From Squalus acanthias (lineage: Eukaryota), in NCBI GenBank assembly GCA_030390025.1, contig CM059431.1, forward strand, positions 136,898,001 to 136,962,000: a stretch of DNA of 64,000 nucleotides. The letters run 5' to 3'. Below are positions 1-12,857 of this stretch, piece by piece (position 1 is the first letter of the stretch; each line of letters begins with the position of its first letter). The notes below the pieces were generated by a model that had not been told where the DNA came from, made no database searches, and saw only the letters and a list, made by a program, of their open reading frames with translations. The position numbers were made by a program, and so were the translations under genes.

Positions 1-2975
1 GTTTGGGAACCCGTGGGACAGGGAACTGGCAGAGTTGGGGAACCCGTGGAACTGGGAACTGGCAGAGTGCGGAAACCCGTGAGACTGGGATCTGGCAGAG
101 TGCGGGTACACGTGGGACTGGAAAATGGCAGAGTGTGGGAACCCGTGGGACTGGGAACTGGCAGAGTGCGGAAACCCGTGAGACTGGGATCTGGCAGAGT
201 GCGGAAACCCTTTGGACTGGACACTGGCAGAGTGCTGGAACCCGTGGGACTGGGATCTGGCAGAGAGTGGGAACCCGTGAGACTGGGATCTGGCAGAGTG
301 CGGGAACCCGTGGGACTGGGATCAGTCAGATTGTGGGAACCCCTGAGACTGGGATCTGGCAGAGTGTGGGAACCCGTGAGACTGGGATCTGGCTGAGAGT
401 GGGAACCCGTGGGACTGCGATCTGACAGAGTGTGGGTACACGTGGGACTGGGATCTGACAGAGTGTGGGAACCCGTGGGACTGGAAACTGGCAGAGTGCG
501 GGAACCCGTGGGACTGGAATCTGTCAGAGAGTGGGAACCCGTGAGACTCGGATCTGGCAGAGAGTGGGAACCCGTGAGACTGGGATCTGGCAGAGTGCGG
601 GAGCCCGTGGGAATGGGATCAGACAGATTGTGGGAACCCATGAGACAGAGATTTGACAGAGTGCAGAAACCGTGGGACTGGGATCTGACAGAGTGTGGGT
701 ACACGTGGGACTGGGAACTGGCAGGGTTCGGGAAACCGTGGACCGGGATCTGACAGAGTGTGGGTACACGTGGGACTGGGATCTGGCAGAGTTCGGAAAC
801 CCGTGGGACTGGAATCTGACAGATTGTGGGAAACATTGAGACTGGAATCTGTCAGAATGCGTGTACCAGTGGGACTGGGAACTGGCAGAGTGTGGGAACC
901 CGTGGGACTCTGATCTGGCAGAGTTTGGGAAACCGTGGGATTCTGATCTGGCAGAGTGTGGGAACCCGTGGGAGTGGGAACTGGCAGAGTGTGGGAACCC
1001 GTGGGACTGGGATCTGGCAGAGTGTGGTAACCCGTTGGACTGGGAACTGGCTGACTGCGGAAACCCGTGAGACTGGGATCTGGCAGAGTGTGGGAACCCA
1101 TGGGATTGGGATCTGTTAGAGTGCGGGGACCCGTGGGACTGTGAACTGGCAGAGTGCAGGAATCCGTTGGACTGGGAAGTGCCAGAGTTTGGGAACCCGT
1201 GGGACAGGGAACTGGCAGAGTTGGGGAACCCGTGGAACTGGGAACTGGCAGAGTGCGGAAACCCGTGAGATTGGGATCAGTCAGATTGTGGGAACCCCTG
1301 ACACTGGGATCTTGCAGAGTGTGGGAACCCGTGAGACTGGGAACTGGCAGAGTGTGAGAACCCGTGGGACTCTGATCTGGCAGAGTTTGGGAAACCGTGG
1401 GATTCTGATCTGGCAGAGTGTGGGAACCCGTGGGAGTGGGAATTGGCAGAGTGTGGGAACCCGTGCGACTGGGATCTGGCAGAGTGTGGTAACCCGTTGG
1501 ACTGGGAACTGGCTGACTGCGGAAACCCGTGAGACTGGGATCTGGCAGAGTGTGGGAACCCGTGGGAGTGGGAACTGGCAGAGTGCGGAAACCCGTGAGA
1601 CTGGGATCTGGCAGAGTGCGGAAACCCTTTGGACTGGACACTGGCAGAGTGCTGGAACCCGTGGGACTGGGATCTGGCAGAGAGTGGGAACCCGTGAGAC
1701 TGGGATCTGGCAGAGTGCGGGAACCCGTGGGACTGGGATCAGTCAGATTGTGGGAACCCCTGAGACTGGGATCTGGCAGAGTGTGGGAACCCGTGAGACT
1801 GGGATCTGGCTGAGAGTGGGAACCCGTGGGACTGCGATCTGACAGAGTGTGGGTACACGTGGGACTGGGATCTGACAGAGTGTGGGAACCCGTGGGACTT
1901 GAAACTGGCAGAGTGCAGGAACCCGTGGGACTGGAATCTGTCAGAGAGTGGGAACCCGTGAGTCTCGGATTTGGCAGAGAGTGGGAACCCGTGAGACTGG
2001 GATCTGGCAGAGTGCGGGAACCCGTGGGACTGGGATCAGACAGATTGTGGGAACCCATGAGACAGGGATTTGACAGAGTGCGGGAACCCGTGGGACTGGG
2101 ATCTGACAGAGTGTGGGTACACGTGGGACTGGGAACTGGCAGGGTTCGGGAAACCGTGGACCGGGATCTGACAGAGTGTGGGTACACGTGGGACTGGGAT
2201 CTGGCAGAGTTCGGAAACCCGTGGGACTGGAATCTGACAGATTGTGGGAAACCTTGAGACTGGAATCTGTCAGAATGCGTGTACCAGTGGGACTGGGAAC
2301 TGGCAGAGTGTGGGAACCCGTGGGACTCTGATCTGGCAGAGTTTGGGAAACCGTGGGATTCTGATCTGGCAGAGTGTGGGAACCCGTGGGAGTGGGAACT
2401 GGCAGAGTGTGGGAACCCGTGGGACTGGGATCTGGCAGAGTGTGGTAACCCGTTGGACTGGGAACTGGCTGACTGCGGAAACCCGTGAGACTGGGATCTG
2501 GCAGAGTGTGGGAACCCGTGGGATTGGGATCTGGTAGAGTGCGGGGACCCGTGGGACTGTGAACTGGCAGAGTGCAGGAATCCGTTGGACTGGGAAGTGC
2601 CAGAGTTTGGGAACCCGTGGGACAGGGAACTGGCAGAGTTGGGGAACCCGTGGAACTGGGAACTGGCAGAGTGCGGAAACCCGTGAGACTGGGATCTGGC
2701 AGAGTGCGGGTACACGTGGGACTGGAAAATGGCAGAGTGTGGGAACCCGTGGGACTGGGGACCTGGCAGAGGTGCGGTAACCAGAGGACTGGGATCTGGC
2801 ATGATGTGCGGAAACCCTTTGGCCGGACACTGGCAGAGTGCTGGAACCCGTGGGGACTGGGATCTGGCAGAGAGTGGGAAACCCTACTGGGCCTGCAGCG
2901 AAACCTCGTGGGACTGGAATCTGACAGATTGTGGGAAACATTCGAGGACTGGGAATCTGTCCAGAAATGCGTTGT

Positions 2976-3102
2976 NNNNNNNNNNNNNNNNNNNNNNNNN
3001 NNNNNNNNNNNNNNNNNNNNNNNNNNNNNNNNNNNNNNNNNNNNNNNNNNNNNNNNNNNNNNNNNNNNNNNNNNNNNNNNNNNNNNNNNNNNNNNNNNNN
3101 NN
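2976..3102. other. Assembly gap (127 N)
   Basis: Run of N; the preceding ~200 bp is an indel-rich version of the repeat, typical of a low-quality contig end. Confidence 0.99.
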
Positions 3103-5407
3103 GCAGAGTGCGGCAAACTGTGAGACTGGGAACTGGCAGAGAGCGGGAACCCGTGGGACTGGGATCTGGCAGATTTTGGGAAACTGTGGGACTGGGATCT
3201 GGCAGAGTGTGGGAACCCGTGGGACTGGGAACTGGCAGAGTGCAGGAATCCGTTGGACTGGGAAGTTCCAGAGTTTGGGAAACCGTGGGACAGGGAACTG
3301 GCAGAGTGGGGGAACTCGTGGGACAGGGAACTGGCAGATGCGGGTACACGCGGGACTGGAAAATGGCAGAGTGTGGGAACCTGTGGGACTGGGAACTGGC
3401 AGAGTGTGGAAACCGTGGTTCTGGGATCTGGCAGAGTGTGGGAACCCGTGGGACTGGGAACTGGCAGAGTGTGGAAACCCGTGGGACTGGGAACTGGTTG
3501 AGTGTGGTAAACCGTGGGACAGGGATCTGCCAGAGTGTGGAAAACCGTAGGACTGGGATCGGACAGAGTGCGGAAAATTCGTGAGACTGGAATCTGGCTG
3601 AGTGTGTGAACCCGTGAGACTGGGATCTGGCAGAGTGCGGGAATGCAAAGGACTGGGATCTGGTAGAGTGCGGAAACTCGTGAGACTGGAATCTGGCTGA
3701 GTGCGGCAACCTGTGAGACTGGGAACTGTCAGTGTGTGGGAACCCGTGGGACTGGAAACTGGCAGAGTGCGGGAACCCGTGAGACTGGGAACTGTCAGTG
3801 TGTGGGAACCCGTGGGACTGGGAACTGGCAGAGTGTGGGAACCCGTGGAACTGGAAACTGGCAGAATGCTGGAACCCGTGAGACTGGGATCTGACAGAGT
3901 GCGGGAACCCGTGGGACTGGAAACTGGCAGAGTGCGGGAACCCGTGGGACTGGAATCTGTCAGAGAGTGGGAACCCGTGAGACTCGGATCTGGCAGAGAG
4001 TGGGAACCCGTGAGACTGGGATCTGGCAGAGTGCGGGAACCCGTGGGACTGGAAACTGGCAGAGAGTGGGAACCCGTGAGACTGGGATCTGGCAGAGTGC
4101 GGGAACTCGTGGGACTGGGATCAGACAGATTGTGGGAACCCATGAGACAGGGATTTGAAAGAGTGCGGGAACCCGTGGGAATGGGATCTGACAGAGTGTG
4201 GGTACACGTGGGACTGGGAACTGGCAGGGTGCGGGAATCCGTGGACCGGGATCTGACAGAGTGTGGATACACGTGGGACTGGGATCTGGCAGAGTGCGGG
4301 AACCCGTGGGACTGGAATCTGACAGAGTTTGGGAAACCGTGGGATTCTGATCTGGCAGAGTGTGGGAACCCGTGGGACTGGGAACTGGCAGAGTGTGGGA
4401 ACCCGTGGGACTGGGATCTGGCAGAGTGTGGTAACCCGTTGGACTGGGAACTGGCTTGTGCGGAAACCCGTGAGACTGGGATCTGGCAGAGTGTGGGAAC
4501 CCGTGGGATTGGGATCTGGTAGAGTGCGGGGACCCGTGGGACTGTGAACTGGCAGAGTGCAGGAATCCGTTGGACTGGGAAGTGCCAGAGTTTGGGAACC
4601 CGTGGGACAGGGAACTGGCCGAGTTGGGGAACCCGTGGAACTGGGAACTGGCAGAGTGCGGAAACCCGTGAGACTGGGATCTGGCAGAGTGCGGGTACAC
4701 GCGGGACTGGAAAATGGCAGAGTGTGGGAACCCGTGGGACTGAGAACTGGCAGAGTGCGGAAACCCGTGAGACTGGGATCTGGCAGAGTTCGGAAACCCT
4801 TTGGACTGGACACTGGCAGAGTGCTGGAACCCGTGGGACTGGGATCTGGCAGAGAGTGGGAACCCGTGAGACTGGGATCTGGCAGAGTGCCGGAACCCGT
4901 GTGACTGGGATCAGTCAGATTGTGGGAACCCCTGAGACTGGGATCTAGCAGAGTGTGGGAACCCGTGAGACTGGGATCTGGCTGAGATTGGGAACCCGTG
5001 GGACTGCGATCTGACAGAGTGTGGGTACACGTGGGACTGGGAACTGGCAGGGTGCGGGAACCCGTGGGACTGGAATCTGACAGAGTGTGGGTACACGTCG
5101 GACTGGGAACTGACAGGGTGCGAGAACCCGTGGGACTGGGATCTGACAAAGTGTGTGTACACGTGGGACTGGGATCTGGCAGAGTTCGGGAACCCGTGGG
5201 ACTGGAATCTGACAGATTGTTGGGGTAACTTGAGACTGGAATCTGTCAGAATGCGTGTAGCAGTGGGACTGGGATCTGGCAGAGTGTGGGAACCCTTTGG
5301 ACTCTGATCTGGCTGCGTGTGGGAACCCGTGAGACTGGGACCTGACAGATTGTGGGAACCCGTGGGACTGGAAACTGGCAGAGTGCAGCTACCCGTGAGA
5401 CTGGGAT

Positions 5408-5812
5408 AGAAACATAGAATCTAGGAGCAGGAGTAGGCCATTCGGCCCGTCGAGCATGCTCCACCATTCAATACGATCATGGCTGATCATCCAAATCCAG
5501 TACCCTGTCCCTGCTTCAATCCCCACAGTACACATATACCAACCTACCTCCGTAACCCCACGTATTTAATTCCCCTTAACATATCCCATCCTATCCCCAT
5601 AACCCCACATATTTAATCCCCCCCTAACACTTAGGGTCAATTTATCATAGCCAAATCAACCTAACCCGCACATTTTTGGACTGTGGGAGGAAACCCACGC
5701 AGACACGGGGAGAATGTGCAAACTCCACACAGACAGTCACCCGAGGTCAGATTCCAACCCGGGTCACTGGCGCTGTGAGCCACCAGTGCTAACCACTATG
5801 CCACCGTTTTGC
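5408..5812 (-). mobile_element. tRNA-derived V-SINE (HE1-like) with CR1-derived 3' tail, copy 1
   Basis: Minus strand has a tRNA-like head (GGTGGCATAGTGGTTAGCAC...GACCCGGGTTGGAATC), a V-domain-like core (TGTGTGGAGTTTGCACATTCTCCCCGTGTCTGCGTGGGTTTCCTCC), and a tail (GGGCCGAATGGCCTACTCCTGCTCCT...TCTATGTTTCT) shared with CR1 3' ends in this window. Confidence 0.9.
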
Positions 5813-6661
5813 ACTGGCAGAGATTGGGAACCCGTGGGACTGGGAACTGGCAGAGTGTGGAAACCCATGGGACTGGGAACTAGTTGAGAGTGGGAAACCG
5901 TGGGACAGGGATCTGCCAGAGTGTGTAAAACCGTAGCACTGGGATCGGGCAGAGTGCGGAAACTCGTGAGACTGGAAACTGGCTGAGTGCGGGAACGCGT
6001 AGGACTGGGATCTGGCAGACTGCGGAAACCCTTGAGACAGGGATCTGGCAGAGTGCGGCAACGCGTAGGACTGGGATCTGGCAGAGTGCGGGAACCAGTG
6101 GGACTGGAAACTGGCAGAGTGCGGGAACCTATGGGACTGGAAACTGGCAGAGTGCGGGAACCTATGGGACTGGGATCTGACAGAGTGCGGGAACCAGTGG
6201 GACTGGAAACTGGCAGAGTGCGGGAACCTATGGGACTGGAATCTGGCAGAGACTGGGAACCCGTGAGACTGGGATCTGGCAGAGAGTGGGAACCGGTGAG
6301 ACTGGGATCTGGCAGAGTGCGGGAACCCGTGGGACTGGAAACTGGCAGAGAGTGGAAACCCGTGAGACTGGGATCTGACAGAGTGCGGGAACCCGTGGGA
6401 CTGGGATCAGACAGATTGTGGGAACCCATGAGACTTGGATTTGACAGATTGTGGGAACCTATGGGAGTGGAAACTGGCAGAGTGCAGCTACCCATGAGAC
6501 TGGGATTTGACAGAGTGCGGGAACCCGTGGTACTGGGAACTGGCAGGTTGCGGAACCCGTGGGACTGGAATCTGACAGATTGTGGGAAACCTTGAGACTG
6601 GAATCTCTCAGAATGCGTGTACCAGTGGGACTGGGAACTGACAGAGTGTGGGAACCCGTGG

Positions 6662-7506
6662 GACAGGGATTGATAGGATGCAGAGCTGGGCCGAAAAATG
6701 GCAGATGGAATTTAACCCTGATAAGTGCGAGGTGATTCATTTTGGTAGGGCAAATTTGAATAAGGATTACAGGGTCAACGGCAGGGTTCTGAGGAACGTG
6801 GAGGAGCAGAGGGATCTGGGGGTTCATATCCACAGATCTCTGAAGGTTGCCACTCAAGTGGATAGAGCAGTAAAGAAGGCCTATGGTGTGTTGGCGTTTA
6901 TTAACAGAGGGTTTGAGTTTAAGAACCGTGAGGTTATGCTGCAACTGTACAGGACCTTGGTGAGACCACATTTGGAATATTGTGTGCAGTTCTGGTCACC
7001 TCACTATAGGAAGGACGTGGAAGCATTGGAAAGAGTGCAAAGGAGATTTACCAGGATGCTGCCTGGTTTGGGGGGGAGGACTTATGAGGAAAGATTGAGG
7101 GAGTTGGGGCTTTTCTCTTTAAAGAGGAGGAGGATGAGAGGCGACTTAATAGAGGTTTATAAGATGATGAGGGGGATAGACAGAGTGGATGTTCAGAGAC
7201 TATTTCCTCGGGTAGAGGCAGCTGTTACAAGGGGGCATAACTATAAGGTGCATGGGGGGAGATATAGAAGGGATGTCCGAGGTAGATTCTTTACTCAGAG
7301 AGTGGTTGGGGTGTGGAATGGACTGCCAGCTGTGATAGTGGAGTCGGACACTTTAGGAACTTTCAAGCGGTTATTGGATAAGCACATGGAGCACACCAGA
7401 GTGATAGGGAGTGTGATAGCTTGATCTTGGTCTCGGACAATGCTCGGCACAACATCGAGGGCCGAAGGGCCTGTACTGTGCTGTACTCTTCTATGTTCTA
7501 TGTTCT
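6662..7506 (+). mobile_element. 5'-truncated CR1 LINE (ORF2 C-terminus + 3' UTR), copy 1
   Basis: ORF 6648-7424 contains WQMEFNPDKC, LVRPHLEYCVQFWSP, RGDLIEVYK and TRGH. (TTCTATG)n tail. Apparent 9-bp TSD AACCCGTGG at 6653-6661 and 7507-7515; the empty site is visible near 18330. Confidence 0.95.
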
Positions 7507-10500
7507 AACCCGTGGTACTCTGATCTGGCAGAGTGTGGGAACCCGTGGGACTGGGAACTGGCAGAGTGTGGGAACCCGTGGGACTGGGAACTGGCAGAGT
7601 GTGGGAACCCATGGGACTGGGATCTGGCAGAGTGTGGGAACCCGTGGGATTGGGATCTGGCAGAGTGCCGGAACCCGTGTGACTGTGAACCGGCAGAGTG
7701 CAGGAATCCGTTGGACTGGGAAGTGCCAGAGTTTGGGAACCCGTGGGACAGGGAACTAGCAGAGTTGGGGAACCCGTGGGACTGGGAACTGGCAGAGTGC
7801 GGAAACCCGTGAGACTGGGATCTGGCAGAGTGCGGGTACACGTGGGACTGGAAAATGGCAGAGTGTGGGAACCCGTGGGACTGGGAACTGGCAAGGTGCG
7901 GGAACCCGAGGAGTCTGGGATCTGGCAGAGTGCGGGAACCCGTGGGACTGGGATCTGGCAGAATGTGGAAACCCGTGGTTCTGGGATCTGGCAGAGTGTG
8001 GGAACCCGTGGGAGTGGGAACTGGCAGGGTGCGGGAATCCGTGGACTGGGATCTGACAGAGTGTGGGTACACGTGGGACTGGGAACTGGCAGAGTGTGGG
8101 AACCCGTGGTACTGGTATCTGGCAGAGTGTGGAAACCCGTGGGACTGGGATCTGGAAGAGTGTTGAAACCCGTGGTTCTGGGATCTGGCAGAGTGTGGGA
8201 ACACGGGGGACTGGGAACTGGCAGAGTGTGGAAACCCGTGGGAGTGGGAACTGGTTGAGTGTGGGAAACCGTGGGACAGGGATCTGCCAGAGTGTGGAAA
8301 ACCGTAGCAATTGGATCGGGCAGAGTGCGGAAACTCATGAGACTGGAAACTGGCTGAGAGCGAGAACGCGTAGGACTGGGATCTGGCAGACTGCGAGAAC
8401 CCGTGAGACTGGGATCTGGCAGAGTGCGGGAACCCGTGCGACTGGGATCTGGCAGATTGTGGGAACCTCTGGGACTGGGATCTGGCAGAGTGTGGGAACA
8501 CTTGAGACTGGGATCTGGCAGAGTGCGGAAACCCGTGGGATTGCGAATTAGCAGAGTGCGGGAACCCGTGGGACTGGATACTGGCAGAGTGTGGGTACCC
8601 GTGGGACTGGGAACTGGCAGAGTGCTGGAACCCGCGAGACTGGGATCTGACAGAGTGCGGGAACCCGTGGGACTGGAAACTGGCAGAGTGCTGGAACCCG
8701 TGGGACTGGGATCTGGCAGAGAGTGGGAACTCATGAGACTGGGATCTGGCAGAGTGCGTGAACCCGTGGGACTGGGATCAGACAGATTGTGGGAACCCGT
8801 GAGACTGGGATCTGACAGATTGTGGGAACCCGTGGGACTGGAAACTGGCAGAGTGCCGGGAACCCGTGAGACTGGGAACTGGCAGAGTGTGGGAACCCGT
8901 GGGACTGGGATCTGGCAGAGTGTGGTAACCCATGGGACTGGGAACTGGCAGAGTTCGGAAACCCGTGAGACTCTGATCTGGCAGAGTGTGGGAACCCGTG
9001 GGACTGGGAACTGGCAGAGTGTGTGAACCCGTGGGACTGTGAACTGGGAGAGTGCAGGAATCCGTTGGACTGGTAAGTGCCAGAGTTTGCGAACCCGTGG
9101 GACTGGGAACTGGCAGAGTGCGGGAACCCTTGGGACTGGGATTTCGCAGAGTGCGGGAACCCGTGGGACTGGGAACTGGCAGAGTGCGGGAACCCGTGAG
9201 ACTGGGAACTGTCAGTGTGTGGGAACCCGTGGGACTGGGAACTGGCAGAGTGTGGGAACCCGTGGAACTGGAAACTGGCAGAATGCTGGAACCCGTGAGA
9301 CTGGGATCTGACAGAGTGCGGGAACCCGTGGGACTGGAAACTGGCAGAGTGCGGGAACCCGTGGGACTGGAATCTGTCAGAGAGTGGGAACCCGTGAGAC
9401 TCGGATCTGGCAGAGAGTGGGAACCCGTGAGACTGGGATCTGGCAGAGTGCGGGAACCCGTGGGACTGGAAACTGGCAGAGAGTGGGAACCCGTGAGACT
9501 GGGATCTGGCAGAGTGCGGGAACTCGTGGGACTGGGATCAGACAGATTGTGGGAACCCATGAGACAGGGATTTGAAAGAGTGCGGGAACCCGTGGGAATG
9601 GGATCTGACAGAGTGTGGGTACACGTGGGACTGGGAACTGGCAGGGTGCGGGAATCCGTGGACCGGGATCTGACAGAGTGTGGATACACGTGGGACTGGG
9701 ATCTGGCAGAGTGCGGGAACCCGTGGGACTGGAATCTGACAGAGTTTGGGAAACCGTGGGATTCTGATCTGGCAGAGTGTGGGAACCCGTGGGACTGGGA
9801 ACTGGCAGAGTGTGGGAACCCGTGGGACTGGGATCTGGCAGAGTGTGGTAACCCGTTGGACTGGGAACTGGCTTGTGCGGAAACCCGTGAGACTGGGATC
9901 TGGCAGAGTGTGGGAACCCGTGGGATTGGGATCTGGTAGAGTGCGGGGACCCGTGGGACTGTGAACTGGCAGAGTGCAGGAATCCGTTGGACTGGGAAGT
10001 GCCAGAGTTTGGGAACCCGTGGGACAGGGAACTGGCCGAGTTGGGGAACCCGTGGAACTGGGAACTGGCAGAGTGCGGAAACCCGTGAGACTGGGATCTG
10101 GCAGAGTGCGGGTACACGCGGGACTGGAAAATGGCAGAGTGTGGGAACCCGTGGGACTGAGAACTGGCAGAGTGCGGAAACCCGTGAGACTGGGATCTGG
10201 CAGAGTTCGGAAACCCTTTGGACTGGACACTGGCAGAGTGCTGGAACCCGTGGGACTGGGATCTGGCAGAGAGTGGGAACCCGTGAGACTGGTATCTGGC
10301 AGAGTGCCGGAACCCGTGTGACTGGGATCAGTCAGATTGTGGGAACCCCTGAGACTGGGATCTAGCAGAGTGTGGGAACCCGCGAGACTGGGATCTGGCT
10401 GAGATTGGGAACCCGTGGGACTGCGATCTGACAGAGTGTGGGTACACGTGGGACTGGGAACTGGCAGGGTGCGGGAACCCGTGGGACTGGAATCTGACAG

Positions 10501-10824
10501 AGTGTGGGTACACGTCGGACTGGGAACTGACAGGGTGCGAGAACCCGTGGGACTGGGATCTGACAAAGTGTGTGTACACGTGGGACTGGGATCTGGCAGA
10601 GTTCGCGAACCCGTGGGACTGGAATCTGACAGATTGTTGGGGTAACTTGAGACTGGAATCTGTCAGAATGCGTGTAGCAGTGGGACTGGGATCTGGCAGA
10701 GTGCGGGAACCCTTTGGACTCTGATCTGGCTGCGTGTGGGAACCCGTGAGACTGGGACCTGACAGATTGTGGGAACCCGTGGGACTGGAAACTGGCAGAG
10801 TGCAGCTACCCGTGAGACTGGGAT

Positions 10825-11229
10825 AGAAACATAGAATCTAGGAGCAGGAGTAGGCCATTCGGCCCGTCGAGCATGCTCCACCATTCAATACGATCATGGC
10901 TGATCATCCAAATCCAGTACCCTGTCCCTGCTTCAATCCCCACAGTACACATATACCAACCTACCTCCGTAACCCCACGTATTTAATTCCCCTTAACATA
11001 TCCCATCCTATCCCCATAACCCCACATATTTAATCCCCCCCTAACACTTAGGGTCAATTTATCATAGCCAAATCAACCTAACCCGCACATTTTTGGACTG
11101 TGGGAGGAAACCCACGCAGACACGGGGAGAATGCGCAAACTCCACACAGACAGTCACCCGAGGTCAGATTCCAACCCGGGTCACTGGCGCTGTGAGCCAC
11201 CAGTGCTAACCACTATGCCACCGTTTTGC
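10825..11229 (-). mobile_element. V-SINE (HE1-like), copy 2, produced by segmental duplication
   Basis: Near-identical to 5408-5812 with the same flanks, offset 5417 bp. Confidence 0.9.
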
Positions 11230-12012
11230 ACTGGCAGAGATTGGGAACCCGTGGGCATGGGAACTGGCAGAGTGTGGAAACCCATGGGACTGGGAACTAG
11301 TTGAGAGTGGGAAACCGTGGGACAGGGATCTGCCAGAGTGTGTAAAACCGTAGCACTGGGATCGGGCAGAGTGCGGAAACTCGTGAGACTGGAAACTGGC
11401 TGAGTGCGGGAACGCGTAGGACTGGGATCTGGCAGACTGCGGAAACCCTTGAGACAGGGATCTGGCAGAGTGCGGCAACGCGTAGGACTGGGATCTGGCA
11501 GAGTGCGGGAACCAGTGGGACTGGAAACTGGCAGAGTGCGGGAACCAGTGGGACTGGAAACTGGCAGAGTGCGGGAACCTATGGGACTGGAATCTGGCAG
11601 AGACTGGGAACCCGTGAGACTGGGATCTGGCAGAGAGTGGGAACCGGTGAGACTGGGATCTGGCAGAGTGCGGGAACCCGTGGGACTGGAAACTGGCAGA
11701 GAGTGGAAACCCGTGAGACTGGGATCTGACAGAGTGCGGGAACCCGTGGGACTGGGATCAGACAGATTGTGGGAACCCATGAGACTTGGATTTGACAGAT
11801 TGTGGGAACCTATGGGAGTGGAAACTGGCAGAGTGCAGCTACCCATGAGACTGGGATTTGACAGAGTGCGGGAACCCGTGGTACTGGGAACTGGCAGGTT
11901 GCGGAACCCGTGGGACTGGAATCTGACAGATTGTGGGAAACCTTGAGACTGGAATCTCTCAGAATGCGTGTACCAGTGGGACTGGGAACTGACAGAGTGT
12001 GGGAACCCGTGG

Positions 12013-12857
12013 GACAGGGATTGATAGGATGCAGAGCTGGGCCGAAAAATGGCAGATGGAATTTAACCCTGATAAGTGCGAGGTGATTCATTTTGGTAGG
12101 GCAAATTTGAATAAGGATTACAGGGTCAACGGCAGGGTTCTGAGGAACGTGGAGGAGCAGAGGGATCTGGGGGTTCATATCCACAGATCTCTGAAGGTTG
12201 CCACTCAAGTGGATAGAGCAGTAAAGAAGGCCTATGGTGTGTTGGCGTTTATTAACAGAGGGTTTGAGTTTAAGAACCGTGAGGTTATGCTGCAACTGTA
12301 CAGGACCTTGGTGAGACCACATTTGGAATATTGTGTGCAGTTCTGGTCACCTCACTATAGGAAGGACGTGGAAGCATTGGAAAGAGTGCAAAGGAGATTT
12401 ACCAGGATGCTGCCTGGTTTGGGGGGGAGGACTTATGAGGAAAGATTGAGGGAGTTGGGGCTTTTCTCTTTAAAGAGGAGGAGGATGAGAGGCGACTTAA
12501 TAGAGGTTTATAAGATGATGAGGGGGATAGACAGAGTGGATGTTCAGAGACTATTTCCTCGGGTAGAGGCAGCTGTTACAAGGGGGCATAACTATAAGGT
12601 GCATGGGGGGAGATATAGAAGGGATGTCCGAGGTAGATTCTTTACTCAGAGAGTGGTTGGGGTGTGGAATGGACTGCCAGCTGTGATAGTGGAGTCGGAC
12701 ACTTTAGGAACTTTCAAGCGGTTATTGGATAAGCACATGGAGCACACCAGAGTGATAGGGAGTGTGATAGCTTGATCTTGGTCTCGGACAATGCTCGGCA
12801 CAACATCGAGGGCCGAAGGGCCTGTACTGTGCTGTACTCTTCTATGTTCTATGTTCT
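12013..12857 (+). mobile_element. 5'-truncated CR1 LINE, copy 2, produced by segmental duplication
   Basis: 258-aa ORF identical to that of copy 1, same junctions, offset 5351 bp. Confidence 0.95.

Noticed and set aside
2760..2975. Highly divergent repeat units before the gap
   Set aside because: The indel pattern is consistent with low-quality sequence at a contig end.
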